Notes: a model not told the origin generated them from the letters alone. Positions 37,447 through 52,042 are shown, counted from the first letter of the stretch. The stretch: DNA of 64,000 nt from Eledone cirrhosa (GCA_964016885.1 OZ024745.1:9300001-9364000); one strand, 5' to 3'. Numbers and translations are program-made.

Positions 37447-40400
37447 GTTGACACTAATATCGTGATGGAGAATGTGTTGACACTAATATCCCGATGGTGA
37501 ATGTGATGTGTTGACACTAATATCCCGACGGAGAATGTGATGTGTTGACACTAATGTCCTGATGGAGAATGTGTTGACACTAATATCCCGATGGAGAATG
37601 TGTTGACACTATAATCCCGACGGAGAATTTGATGCGTTGACACTAATAACCCAACGGAGAATGTGATGTGTTGACACTAATAACCCAACGGAGAATGTGA
37701 TGCGTTGGCACCAATATCCCGACGGAGAATGTGTTGACATTAATATCGTGACGGAGAATGTGTTGACACTAATATCCCGATGGAGAATGTGATGCGTTGA
37801 CACTAATACCCCGATGGAGAATGCGTTGGCACTAATATCCCGACGGGGAATGTGATCTGTTGACACTAATATGCTGACAGAGAATGTGATGTGTTGACAC
37901 TAATACCCCGGCGGAGAATGTGATGCATTGGCACTAATATCCCGACAGAGAATGTGTTGATACTAATATCCCGATGGTGAATGTGATGTGTTGACACTAA
38001 TATGCTGACAGAGAATGTGATGTGTTGACACCAATATCCCGACGGAGAATGTGATGTGTTGACACTAATATCCCGACGGAGAATGTGTTGACACTAATAT
38101 CCCTATGGTGAATGTGATGTGTTGACACTAATATGCTGACAGAGAATGTGATGTGTTGACACTAATATCCTGACGGAGAATGTGTTGACACTAATATCCC
38201 GACGGAGAATGTGTTGACACTAATATCCCTATGGAGAATGTGTTGATACTAATATCCCGATGGTGAATGTGATGTGTTGACACCAATATCCCGACGGAGA
38301 ATGTGTTGACACTAATATCCGACGGAGAATGTGATGTGTTGACACTAATATCCCGACGGAGAATGTGATGCGTTGACACTAATACCCCAACGGAGAATGT
38401 GATGCGTTGGCACTAATATCCCGTCGGAGAATGTGTTGACACTAATATCCCGACAGAGAGTGAGTTGACACTAATATCCCGATGAAGAATGTGTTGACAC
38501 TAATATCCCGATGGTGAATGTGATGTGTTGACACTAATATCCCGACGGAGAATGTGATGTGTTGACACTAATATCCCGACCAAGAATGTGATGTGTGGAC
38601 ATTAATATCCCGACGGAGAATGTGATGCGTTGACACTAATATCCTGACGGAGAATGTGATGCGTGGACATTAATATCCTGATGGAGAATGTGATGCGTTG
38701 ACACTAATACCCCAATGGAGAATGTGATGCGTTGACACTAATATCCCGACGGAGAATGTGTTTACACTAATATCCCGATGGTGAATGTGATGCGTTGACA
38801 CTAATATCCCGACGGAGAATGTGATGCGTTGACACTAATATCCCGACGGACAATGTGATGCGTTGACACTAATATCCCGATGGTGAATGTGATGCGTTGG
38901 CACTAATATCCCACGGAGAATGTGTTGACACTAATATCCCTATGGTGAATGTGATGTGTTGACACTAATATCCTGACAGAGAATGTGATGTGTTGACACT
39001 AATATTCCGATGGAGAATGTGATGTGTTGACACTAATATGCCGACGGAGAATGTGTTGACACTAATATCCTGATGGTGAATGTGATGTGTTGACACTAAT
39101 ATCCTGACAGAGAATGTGATGTGTTGACACTAATATTCCGACGGAGAATGTGATGTGTTGACACTAATATGCCGACGGAGAATGTGTTGACACTAATATG
39201 CCGACGGAGAATGTGTTGACACTAATATGCCGACGGAGAATGTGTTGACACTAATATGCCGACGGAGAATGTGTTGACACTAATATCCTGATGGTGAATG
39301 TGATGTGTTGACACTAATATCCCGATGTTGATTGTTTTGACACTGATATCCCCATTGGAGAATGTATTGACACTGATATCCCAACAGAGAATGTGTTGAC
39401 ACTAATACCCCGATGGTGAATGTGTTGAGACAAATACCTCGATAAGAATGTGTTGACACTAATATCCCGATGGTGAATGTGTTGGCACTAATATCCCTAC
39501 GGTGAATGTGTTGACACTAATACCGCCGATGGTGAATGTGTTGACACTAATATCCCGACGGTGAATGCGTTGACACTAATATCCCCCGATGGTGAATATG
39601 ATGACACTAATATCCCTCGATGGTGAATGTGTTGACACTAATATCCCAATGGTGAATGTGATGTGTTGACACTAATATCCCGACGGAGAATGTGATGTGT
39701 TGACACTAATGTCCCGACGGAGAATGTGATGTGTTGACACTACTATCCCAGCGGAGAATGTGATGTGTTGACACTAATATCCCAATGGTGAATGTGATGT
39801 GTTGACACTACTATCCCAGCGGAGAATGTGATGTGTTGACACTAATATCCCGATGGAGAATGTGATGTGTTGACACTAATATCCAGACGGAGAATGTGTT
39901 GACACTAATATCCCCAACGGAGAATGTGTTGACACTAATATCCCGATGGTGATTGTGTTGACACTAATATCCCGATGGTGATTGTGTTGACACTAATATC
40001 CCGATGGTGATTGTGTTGACACTAATATCCCGATGGTGGTTGTGTTAACATTAATATCCCGACGGTGAATGTGATGACACTGATATCCCCGATGGAGAAT
40101 GTATTGACACTGATATCCCGACAGAGAATGTGTTAACACTAATATCCCCGATGGTGAATGTGTTGACACTAATACCCCGATGGTAAATGTGTTGACACTA
40201 ATACCCCGATAAAGAATGTGTTGACACTAATATCTCGATGGTGGATGTGCTGGCACTAATATCCAGACGGTGAATCTGTTGACACTAATATCCCCTTATG
40301 GTGAATGTGTTGACACTAATATCCCGCCGGTGAATGTGATGCGTTGACACTAATATCCTGACTGAGAATGTGATGTGTTGACACTAATATCCCAACGGAG

Positions 40401-41063
40401 AATGTGATGTGTTGACACTAATATCCTGACTGAGAATGTGATGTGTTGACACTAATATCCCAACGGAGAATGTGATGTGTTGACACTAATATCCCAACGT
40501 AGAATGTGATGTGTTAACACTAATATCCTGATGGAGTATGTGATGTGTTGACCCTAATATCCCGATGGTGAATGTGATGTGTTGACACTAATATGCAGAC
40601 GGAGAATGTGTTGACACTAATATCCTGATGGTGTATGTGTTGACACTAATACCCTGATGGTGATTGTGTTGACACTAATATCCCCTATAGTGAATGTGTT
40701 GACACTAATATACCGACAGAGAATCTGTTGACACTAATATCCCCTATAGTGAATGTGTTGACACTAATACCCCGATGGTGAATGTGTTGACACTAACATC
40801 CCGATGGTAAATGTGTTGGCACTAATATCCCGATGGTGAATGTGTTGACACTAACATCCCGATGGTAAATGTGTTGGCACTAATATCCCGATGGTAAATG
40901 TGTTGACACTAATACTGCTGATTGTGAATGTGTTGACACTAATATCCCGACGGTGAATGTGTTGACACTAATATCCCGACGGTGAATGTGTTGACACTAA
41001 TACCCCCCCCCCCCCCCCCCCGATGGAGAATGTGTTGACACTAATATCTCCGATGGTGAATGT
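37447..41063. repeat. Satellite, 29-bp unit GAATGTGTTGACACTAATATCCCGAYGGW with 34-bp variant (+GATGT)
   Basis: Continuous tandem array with blocks alternating between 29/30-bp and 34-bp units. Confidence 0.97.
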
Positions 41064-43130
41064 CATCATCATTATCTCCGTTTTACGTCCGTTCTTCCAT
41101 ACTAGCATGGGTTAGACGGGTTGTCCTGTTGTGGGCAGTGTCTGGTCGTCTGACCATGCCTTGCTCATACAGGAACTGATTTTGGCTTGATTTCTACAGT
41201 CTGGATGCCCTTCCCAACACCAACCTCATTTACAGTAAGTGCTGGGTGCTTTTTCCGTGGCGCCTACACGTCCACTTTACAGTGTGGGCTGGGTGCTTTT
41301 TTGCCGTGGCACCTCCACGACCACCTTGCAGTGGGAGTGTGTGGGGGCATATTGTCTATATGCTTTAGCTTGTACTCATGGGAGGTCGAGTACTCTGTAT
41401 TACTGCGTGACGCCAGAGGTCACGGTCCTGTGTCATCAACTTTGAGAGGTGTAATTGGGTAAGGTCGGCTTTTATCACCTCATCCCAGGTCTTCTTGGGT
41501 CTCCCCGCTCCGCGGTTTCCCTTGACTTCTAGTGCTCTGCACCTTTTTATGCAGCTCTCATCCTTCATACACATCACATGTCCATACCAACGCAACCCGC
41601 CTCTCCTGCACACAGCATTTGATTCCTCTTATGCTCAGTCTTGCTCTCAATTCATTTATGCTTTGTCGTTCGCGTATATTACTATTACACATCCATCGGA
41701 GCATGCAGGCATCGTTTCTTGCTAATCTACGTAAGTCTTCCACCTTCAGCGCCCAGGTCTTACTACCATGTAACATTGCTGTTCGGATACACACATCATA
41801 CAGTCTGCCTTTCATTTTGAGGGAGAAGCCTTTTGCAGCTAGCAGTGGCAGTAGTTCCCTAAACTTCTTCCATCCCGTTCTTAGCCTAGTTATTGTACTT
41901 TCTGAACACCCACCTCTGCTACTAATTCGGTCACCTAGGTAACAGAAGCTGTCTACTGTTTCTACAGAGCCCTCCCAGAGATTGGTGGTATGTTTCCTGT
42001 GGCTGTTTGCTACTTGTTGTCCCAGCACAGCTGCTGTATGTGAAGCCTACATGCTTAATTAAGCTTCCTGAGATCCCGCTACATCTCTTGTTCACCCATT
42101 GTTTGCATGTGGGGCAGAGGATAGAGTTCCTACTTACATCTTTCCTACATACTGAGCAAGGCCATTTCCCTGAGGGGATCTGGGTTCTGTTTTCTCGTCT
42201 ACTTACAAGGACCTTAGTCTTTGTCATGTTGACTTTGAGACCCTTCCTTTCTAGTCCCTGCTTCCAAGTTTGCAATTTCTTTTCCAGTTCTACCATAGAT
42301 TCAGCTATAAGTTCCCATGGGCATCCAGTCTTAAACTCCTCCGTTATTGCCTGCAAGTCTATGATGAACAGGAGAGGGCTAAGAACAGAGCCCTGGTGGA
42401 CACCAACCTGTACGCTAAATTCCTCGCTATACTCATTGCTAATCCTAACTTTGCTCACTGCTCCTCTATACATGGCTTGTACAGCTTTCACAAGCCATTC
42501 ATCTACTCTTAGTTTTCTAAGAACCCACCAGATTACACCATGTGGAACTCTGTCAAAGGCTTTCTCGAGATCGACGAATGCCAGGTAGAGTGGCTTACTT
42601 TTAGCTAGGTACTTTTCCTGTAACTGCCTGACAAGGAAGAGGGCATCAGTGGTGCCTCTTCCTGGTACAAACCCAAATTGCATCTCATCTAGTTTCACCC
42701 GGTCCCTAATCAACTGTGCTATAACTCTTTCTGTTACTTTCATGACCTGGTCCATCAGCTTTATACCTCTATAGTTTCCTCTATCTAGTGCATCACCTTT
42801 ACCTTTGTAGCAGTTGACAATGATGCTACTGCACCAATCTTTTGGTATGACACCTTCTAGTATTACCTGGTTAACAATACGTGTGGTTATAGTGTGACCT
42901 ACAGACCCAGATGCCTTCAGCATCTCGGCAGCTATACCCGATAGACCGGTTGCCTTCCCCATCTTCATATCTTTGATTGCCTTACTTACTACACTGCTGC
43001 TGACTTGTACTGCTGGCCCCTCTATAGGGTCTACTTAGGGTAGGGTCTCTTCTTCCCATGCATTCTTCTCATTTAGTAATCTATCATAATGGCTCTTCCA
43101 TGCATCTTTCTTCTCAGCACTTGTGAGGCA
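41064..43130 (-). mobile_element. PHD-RT RTE subfamily B, 5'-truncated, inserted in the satellite
   Basis: ORFs 41931-42968, 41558-42028, 41365-41613; YADD deleted (CPWELIAES); 16-bp TSD CTCCGATGGTGAATGT at 41048-41063 and 43131-43146. Confidence 0.93.
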
Positions 43131-44580
43131 CTCCGATGGTGAATGTGTTGACACTAATACCCCCGATGGTGAATGTGTTGACACTAATATCCCGACGGTG
43201 AATGTGTTGACACTAATATCCCGACGGTGAATGTGTTGACACTAATACCCCGATGGAGAATGCGTTGACACTAATATCCCGATGGAGAATGCGTTGACAC
43301 TAATATCCCGATGGAGAATGTGTTGACACTAATATCCTGATGGTGAATGTGTTGACACTAATATCCCCGATAGTGAATGAATGTGTTGACACTAATATCC
43401 CCGATGGTGAATGTGTTGACACTAATATCATGACGGTGATTGTATTGACACTAATATCCCCTGATAGAGAATGTGTTGACACTAATAGCCCGATGGAGAA
43501 TGTGTTGACACTGATATCCCGACAGAGAATGTGTTGACACTAATATCCCCGATGGCGAATGTGTTGACACTAAAATCCCGACGGTGAATGTGTTGACACT
43601 AATATCCCGATGGTGAATGTGTTGACACTAATATCCCGATGGAGAATGTGTTGACACTAATAGCCCGATGGTGAATGTGTTGACACTAATATCCCGATGG
43701 TGAATGTGTTGACACTAAAATCCCGATGGTGAATGTGTTGTCACTAATATCCCGACGGTGAATGTGTTGACACTAATATCCCGATGGTGAATGTGTTGAC
43801 ACTAATATCCCGATGGTGAATGTGTTGACACTAATACCCCGATGGAGAATGTGTTGACACTAATATCCCCGACAGAGAATGTGTTGACACTAATATCCCG
43901 ATGGTGAATGTGTTGTCACTAATATCCCGACGGTGAATGTGTTGACACTAATATCCCGATGGTGAATGTGTTGACACTAATATCCCCGACAGAGAATGTG
44001 TTGACACTAATATTCCGACGGGGAATGTGTTGACACTAATATCCCGATGGAGAATGTGTTGACACTAATATCCCGACGGAGAATGTGTTGACACTAATAG
44101 CCCGATGGTGAATGTGTTGACACTAATATCCCGATGGTGAATGTGTTGACACTAATATCCCGATGGTGAATGTGTTGTCACTAATATCCCGACGGTGAAT
44201 GTGTTGACACTAATATCCCGATGGTGAATGTGTTGACACTAAAATCCCGACGGTGAATGTGTTGACACTAATATCCCGATGGTGAATGTGTTGACACTAA
44301 TATCCCGATGGAGAATGTGTTGACACTAATATCCCGATGGTGAATGTGTTGACACTAATATCCCGACGGTGAATGTGTTGACACTAATATCCCGATGGAG
44401 AATGCGTTGACACTAATATCTCCGACAGAGAATGTGTTGACACTAATATCCCGACGGTGAATGTGTTGACACTAATATCCCGATGGTGAATGTGTTGACA
44501 CTAATATCCCCGACAGAGAATGTGTTGACACTAATATCCCCGACAGAATGTGTTGACACTAATATCCCGATGGTGAATGT
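43131..44580. repeat. Satellite continued, homogeneous 29-bp units
   Basis: Same unit as 37447-41063. Confidence 0.97.
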
Positions 44581-46354
44581 CTTAGAATATGTGTAAGAGT
44601 CTCTAAAGTAGCAGATCAATCAATAAAACAATATGTTAATAGAAACTATTTAGTTATTAAATGAGTTTCAGAACAGGGCTTTATTACTCTGATGCTTTTT
44701 AACAATCAAATAGCTTATTTAATATGTGAATATATATATAAACTATGTTTATAAAACTGTTTTGAAATTACTCATTTAGGCCTGCAATTGAGAAAGATAT
44801 AATGTTGAAAGTCTATTTTCCTGGAAGGAGACACACTAGGAAACCGAAGAATGTTTTTATCAAATTACTTGAAAATTTAATTTCTTGGCAACTACCTGTC
44901 TTCCAAAGTGAGGGGGGGGGGGGGGTCATATTTAGTTACATGGTTGAGATTGATTTGATTTCTTCTTTTAATACATGATATTACTCTCTTATTTTAATTT
45001 TTTGTTGATAATACTGATATTCTTATAGTTTTGTCTGACAATCTTTATATCAACTGTGATATAGTTTAAGTTTGGTATGTTATGTCTATGGACAAGTATT
45101 ATTTGTCAGTCATCATCTATCATTTTTATTATTTTAGTAGAAATGTCATACCTTGATACTGTGTGGGCTGAGTCACCCAACCCCCTCAGCTGTTGACAGG
45201 CATATGGCTCCTTTGTGAGGTCCTGTTATTGTATTTAATTATATTGGTAGACAACCTTGGAGTGGGACAGATTTGTTTAAGGCAATTGAGTGTTAGTTAC
45301 CTTTGTGTGTGTGTGTGTGTGTGTACACACATGCTCACACACATATATATAAAAGTAAATAAGACCATTCATTGCTCTAACTGGTAAACAGTCGGACAAC
45401 ACTGTAAATTTATACTGATAAGCCCCACACCTACTTCCAACATTGCAAGGGAAAGATTTATTGAAATACCCTTAGTACATGACTGTTACTTAATTTATTG
45501 ATCCTGGAGAGAGTGTAATAGACAAGTTGAGTGTAGTTGTATTTGGACTTGGTATATAAAGAGACATCTATATACTGAAACATTTAATTCAACATTATAC
45601 CCAGTATACCATGTAAGGTGCCTGGTGATAGGAAAGCATCTTACATGTAGAAACCATGCCAAAAAGGGTCAAGAAGACTCTTTAGTTTTGCCAGTGGTGC
45701 AGCATTCTCTCGAGTGACGGTAATCTACACAATAAATGTAACCAGTACACTCCGTAAAGTTGTTGGTGATAAGAAGGGTGTCCATCCATAGAAAACTGTC
45801 AAATAAAGTGTTGAGAGGACTTTTCAACTGTCATAACCATGTTAACCTCCATGGTGTTGGTGATCCTCATCATAAATGGTCACCCAGTAAACTCCTGATG
45901 ATGATGTTGATGATTCTGCTATTTCTGATACTGTTTCACATTAGATGTCTAATAGTAAAAAACAATGAAGTTTAGTTCAATGATATAGCTGTAGCACACT
46001 AAGGTGGGCCTCTTCTTCAAATTAGCAACAAACCACAACAGATTTATGTTCAACTGTGGTTACAATGATGATGAATATCTACTCAGCCTGTGGAAATTAC
46101 CTACCTCTCCCAAAGGTGTTGCAGCCAATTATAGATGACTACTTTATCAACTTACTGTATATAGTTGTGTACAAGCTGAGAAATGTGACAAAAAAATAAT
46201 AAAATAATAATCAATCAGTGGAAAATTGGGAGGAGGCACGGGAGGCTTATATTCGGGTCAATATTTTGCTGATTTTTCCTTAACTTCAACATCTATGAAA
46301 AAAAAGTCACAAAAACATCTAGTGATTATTTTACATCTCTCTCTCTCTCTCTCT

Positions 46355-46528
46355 CATCATTTAACGTCCATCTTCCACGCTAGCATGGGTTTGGGCGGGA
46401 ATTTTCCCACTTGAGGCAAGATTGGTTGTCTTGCTCATATAGGACTGTCTGGTGGGTTTTCTATTGCTGGATGCCCTTCCTAACACCAACCACGTTTACA
46501 GTGTGGACTGGGAGGTTTTTACCGTGTT
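46355..46528 (-). mobile_element. 3' terminal fragment of the RTE family between (TC)n and (TA/TG)n tracts
   Basis: Matches 49800-49990. Confidence 0.8.
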
Positions 46529-46537
46529 ATATATATA

Positions 46538-46569
<32 letters not shown>

Positions 46570-46966
46570 CACACACACATATCTATATATACACACATAT
46601 ATATCTGCTGTCCGCTGTTTGTGATCACAAACAGCGGATAGCAGAGGACACATACCGTTCCTCTCCAACAGATAACTCCCCCCCCCCCCCCCGAAAACCC
46701 CCCAGTTGATGGATGTGAATCCGAAATATAGGGACAATTAAATCTCTCCCAAGGTAACTCTATCTCGTGTTATTATTTTTATTTTTTACGCTCTTTCCTA
46801 TGTTCCTCTACACACTATACATCTCATTCTACATTCCCTTACATCTCTCTCTTCACCACCAGATTCTGTTACCAAGAGACTTACCCATCTGCATTGTTGA
46901 GGCTTCCAAAACGACCCCAAAAAATAAATCTTATTATTCCACAATGCTTCAAGCAAACTTCAATAC

Positions 46967-47252
46967 TCATCATCATCATCATCATCATACGTCCGCTTTT
47001 CCCTGCTTGCAAGGGTGGGACGAGAACTAATTCTGGCTTGATTTCTACAGCTGGATGCCCTTCTTAACACCAACCTCATTTACAGTGAGTGCTGGGTGCT
47101 TTTTTGCCATGGCACCTCCACGACCACTTTACAGTGGAATGATATGGACCTCAGTCCCTATCATCTCATTTCTACAGCTGAGTAAACTGGAGCAATGTGA
47201 AATAAAGTGTCTTGCTCAAGGAAACAACACATCACTCGGTCTGAGAATTGAA

Positions 47253-47255
<3 letters not shown>
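46967..47255 (-). mobile_element. tRNA-derived SINE with body shared with the RTE 3' UTR and an RTE subfamily A tail
   Basis: 47160-47255 matches SINE head; 47030-47140 matches subfamily B 3' UTR; 46989-47022 is the reverse complement of 7467-7500; (GAT)n tail. Confidence 0.8.
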
Positions 47256-47308
<53 letters not shown>

Positions 47309-48889
47309 ATACAAACACACACACATATGTATAATAAGGATTTATATAATTTAGTCATCACTTTAGTTAACATAGGAAAAGGAAATAATGTAAATGCGAT
47401 TGCTTTTCACATAAATTTTAAATGAGGGAAAATTGTTTAATTTTTTCCCCCGTCCTGTATGGATCTGTAGAATCCTGGAGATTTGTTTCTCATAATATTA
47501 GATATTGCCTTTTAGAAATTTAGTGTAAAACTGCCATTAATCAAGCATAAAAGAGAGCCTTCTGATAAAGTGGCCCCACTTATAGGCTCTACCTGAATTT
47601 TTCTGTTAGATCACTCAATTGCAGTGCATGTCAACAATTCTCTTGGCCTACATTCTGGATAATAATATCTATTATATTTTGCATTATATACATTAATAAT
47701 CTCATTGCTGTTAATTCTAACCTCACACACCAAAGGTTGAACGATACCATATTAGAAAGACTCATTTGTAGAAAGGAAAATTGATTAAAAACGTAAGTCA
47801 AGAAAAATGTGTCATATTCATTGATATTTTATTATTTTTTCAATGTTGTATGCTATACATAAGGAACAGATACACCCAAAAATATCTGTTAAGATTAAGT
47901 TTTAATGTATTTTTATTTGCATTTATTTTCTTATGAAAACAACGTGACTAATTAAAAATATATTTGATTTTAAAAAGTTTGTTCTTATTTTAAAATGAAT
48001 AAGTTGCTTTAAAAAAATCATTAAGTTTCAATATGTCTTTCTATGGATGCCTTTCTGCAAACATTTTTTTACACATTTGTCTTTCAATATATTTGATGTA
48101 TTCAAAGTATTTACTTTTCTATGCATGTCTTACAACCAATTTCTCATTCGACCAGTGTGACTTCTGACTAGTTTACTTTTCAGATAGTATGCTTTTTGGG
48201 GAGTGAGGGGTGGGGTGAATGTCCTAGATGTGCCAAATCCCAAATATATACCAGTGATTCATGCATATTTTCTTAAACAGAAAGAAAACACTGTAGAATT
48301 GCTACTTGAAAGGAATATTAATGTATTTCTATCAAGAAATCTGATATTTCTCTATAAAAATCCTATTTTTGTTTATCATCATTTTATTGTGAATTTTATA
48401 ACTTTGAGGTATTTTAGTTATTGGGTGTTTATAACTTTTAACTGTTCTATAAAGCCGCACAGTTTACCAGAAATATCATCACGGTGAGAGCTAATGAAAA
48501 TAAAATGCTAATTGGTCATTCAAGCTCTGACCTTTAGGTATTCAAAATGTTAAATATAAATATTTCTTATATATTTTACAATTGTTTCATATTTATTTGA
48601 AATTGATGTTTCATAAGGATGTTAATGTCTTCTAAGTTATTTGAATGTAGAAAATATTTTACTCACAGAACAATTTTTTCTATTGCTACTGTCAATAAAA
48701 ATTCCTCATCTTTAACTTGAGAGCAACCTTTTGTATAAAGTGTTATGAATCTAGCAGGCGTTTCATTAAAAATTTCACTTTATTTCAAATGTAGAATAAA
48801 AAAAAATTATTGCAAACTATATAAAATGTATTAACACAAGTATTCTTATTTCAAAATGAAAAGGCTGAAAAGTTGGAATTTACCTTTGA

Positions 48890-48934
48890 CTATGTATATA
48901 TGTGTATGTATATATATATGTATGTATATATATA

Positions 48935-48969
<35 letters not shown>

Positions 48970-49050
48970 GTGTATATATGTGTGTGTATATATGTGTGTA
49001 TATATATGTATATATGTGTGTATATATATATATGTGTATATATATATATA

Positions 49051-49117
<67 letters not shown>

Positions 49118-49698
49118 ATATATATGTGTGTATATATATATATGTGTGTGTGTGTATATATATGTGTGTATATATATATATGTGTGTGTGTGTATATATA
49201 TGTGTGTATATATATATATATGTATGTATGTGTGTGTGTATATATATGTATATATGTGTGTGTATATATATGTATATATATGTGTGTATATATATGTATA
49301 TATATGTGTGTGTATATATGTGTATATATATATATATGTGTATATATGTGTATATATGTATATATATATATATGTGTGTATATATGTATATATATATGTG
49401 TGTATATATGTATATATATATATGTGTATATATGTATATATATATGTGTGTGTATATATGTATATATATATGTGTATATATGTATGTATATATATATGTG
49501 TGTATATATGTATATATATATATGTGTGTATATATGTATGTATATATATATATGTATATATATATGTGTATGTATGTGTATATGTATGTATGTATGTATA
49601 TATATATATATGTGTGTATGTATGTATGTATATATATATATATATATGTGTGTATGTATGTATGTATATATATATATATATATGTGTGTGTATATATG

Positions 49699-49731
<33 letters not shown>

Positions 49732-49799
49732 ATATATATGTATGTATATATATATATATATATATGTGTGTGTATATATGTATGTATGTATGTATATAC
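48890..49799. repeat. Compound (TA)n/(TG)n/(TATG)n microsatellite
   Basis: Direct reading. Confidence 0.97.
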
Positions 49800-50857
49800 T
49801 CATCATCATCTTCGTTTAACGTCCATTTTCCACACTAGCATGGGTTAGACGGGAGTTGTCCCACTTGAGGCAAGGCTGGTCGGGTGACTGTCTCGCTCAT
49901 ATAGGACTATCTGGCAGGTTTTCTACGGCTGGATGCCCTTCCTAACACCAACCACATTTACAGTGTGGAACTGGGAACTTTTTACTGTGTTATCTACACA
50001 GCCACATTACAGCATGGACTGTGTGTGTTTTTTTGTCGTGACACCTACACGAACTCGATCTCATTTTCTCGTGCTGTTGGTGGGAGTGGGAGGATAGGGT
50101 AGGGGTAGTAGATTGGGGTGTATATTTGGTTAAGAGGTGCCTACTGACTGTAGGTTTCGCTTTGTACATAGGCAAGGCGGATCTTCTGTATTACTGCGTA
50201 GCGTCAAAGATCTCGGTCCAGAGACATTGTCTTAGAGAGATGTGTGTGAGGTCAGAATTTATCAGATCATCCCAGGTTTTTCTGGGTCTACCTACTCCGT
50301 AACTACCATCAATTTTGATCGCCCTGCGCTTTTTTATGCAGCTGTCGTCTTTCATGCGCATCACGTGACCATACCAAAGTAGTCTTCTCTCAAGTAAACA
50401 ACATCGGATCCCTATTATTCCTAATTTCTTACTTCGTTCATTTATGCTTTGCCGTTCACGTATATTACTATTACACATCCAACGGAGTATGCATGCTTTG
50501 TTCCTTTCCAGTCTATGCAGGTCCTCTGCACGTAATGCCCATGTCCCACTGCCATGTAGCATCGCTGTTCGTATACAGGCATCATACAATCTGCCTTTCA
50601 TTTTTAGAGAGAAACCTTTAGTGGACAACAGCGGTATAAGCTCTCTGAACTTTTTCCATCCCTTTCTGACTCTGGCTACTGTACTTTCAGAACACCCTCC
50701 ACCACTGCTGATTTCGTCACCCAGGTAACGGAAAGTGTCTACTATTTCTATAGAACCATCTGGGCAATGGAAGGAGCTAGTATCCTTTGGACACTTGCTA
50801 CTTATTGCACCTGAGCATTGGCCACATATAAAGTCTACGTTCTTAGATAGTTTACCT
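49800..50857 (-). mobile_element. PHD-RT RTE (C-related, older), 5'-truncated, nested in microsatellite
   Basis: ORF 50191-50628 (GRLYDACIRTAMLHG...WYGHV); (CAT)n at 49800. Confidence 0.9.
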
Positions 50858-50888
50858 GTATATATGTATGTGTATATATGTATGTATA

Positions 50889-50925
<37 letters not shown>

Positions 50926-51130
50926 ATATATATATATTTATATATGTGTATATATGTATATATATATATGTGTATATATGTGTATATATATGTGTATATG
51001 TGTTTATATGTATATATATATGTGTATATATGTATATATATGTATGTATGTATATATGTATATATATATGTATGTATGTATATATGTATATATATATGTA
51101 TGTATATATATATATATATAATTATATATG

Positions 51131-51163
<33 letters not shown>

Positions 51164-51420
51164 GTGTATATATGTATATATATGTATATATATATATTTA
51201 TATATGTGTATATATGTATATATATGTATGTATATATATATATATTTATATATGTGTATATATGTATATATATGTATGTATATATATATATATTTATATA
51301 TGTGTATATATGTATATATATATATATATTTATATATGTGTATATATGTATATATATGTATGTATATATATATATATTTATATATGTATGTATATATATA
51401 TATTTATATATGTGTATATA
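50858..51420. repeat. Compound TA/TATG microsatellite
   Basis: Direct reading. Confidence 0.97.
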
Positions 51421-51893
51421 TCATCATCATCATCATCATCAACGTTTAATGTCCGTGTTCCACGCTTGCATGGGTTTGGACGGGGGTTTTCCCACTTGAG
51501 GCAAGAGTGGTTGTCTTGCTCGCATAGGACTGTCTGGCGGGTTTTCTACAGTTGGATGCCCTTCCTAACACCAACCACATTTACAGTGTGGGTCTGGGAG
51601 GTTTTTACCGTGTTGCCTACACGGCCACATTACAGCGTGGACTGTGTGTTTTTTTGTCGTGACACCTACACGATCTCATTTGTTTCGGCCTCGATGGCGC
51701 GGCACCAACATAACTTTACATAGAACGGGGTGCTGTGGATGGGGTGGGGGTGGTGGTGGTGGGACGGGGGTGTATTTTGTTAGAGATGCCTACTGGCTGG
51801 AGTAGGTTTTACTATATATTTAGGTAAGGCGGGTCTTCTCTGTTACTGAGTACCGCCAAAGGTCTCGGTCCAGTGACTTTGTCTTGGAGAGGT
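51421..51893 (-). mobile_element. 3' end of PHD-RT RTE subfamily C
   Basis: Near-identical reverse complement of 58327-58812. Confidence 0.92.
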
Positions 51894-52042
51894 ATGTGTA
51901 TATGTGTATATATGTATATATATATATATGTGTATATATGTATATATATGTGTGTATATATGTATATATATATGTGTATATATGTATATATATATGTGTA
52001 TATATATGTATGTATATATATGTATATATATATATATATATG

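Larger units (their letters stand above)
32441..37450 (-). mobile_element. Tx1/L1-clade LINE, near full length, decayed
   Basis: ORF1 with CCHC knuckle, then ORF2 APE-RT in several frames; AATAAA then (TGTC)n at the 3' end. Confidence 0.9.

Noticed and set aside
37447-44580. CRISPR-like regular repeats
   Set aside because: Units are contiguous with no unique spacers, there are no cas genes, and the context is eukaryotic
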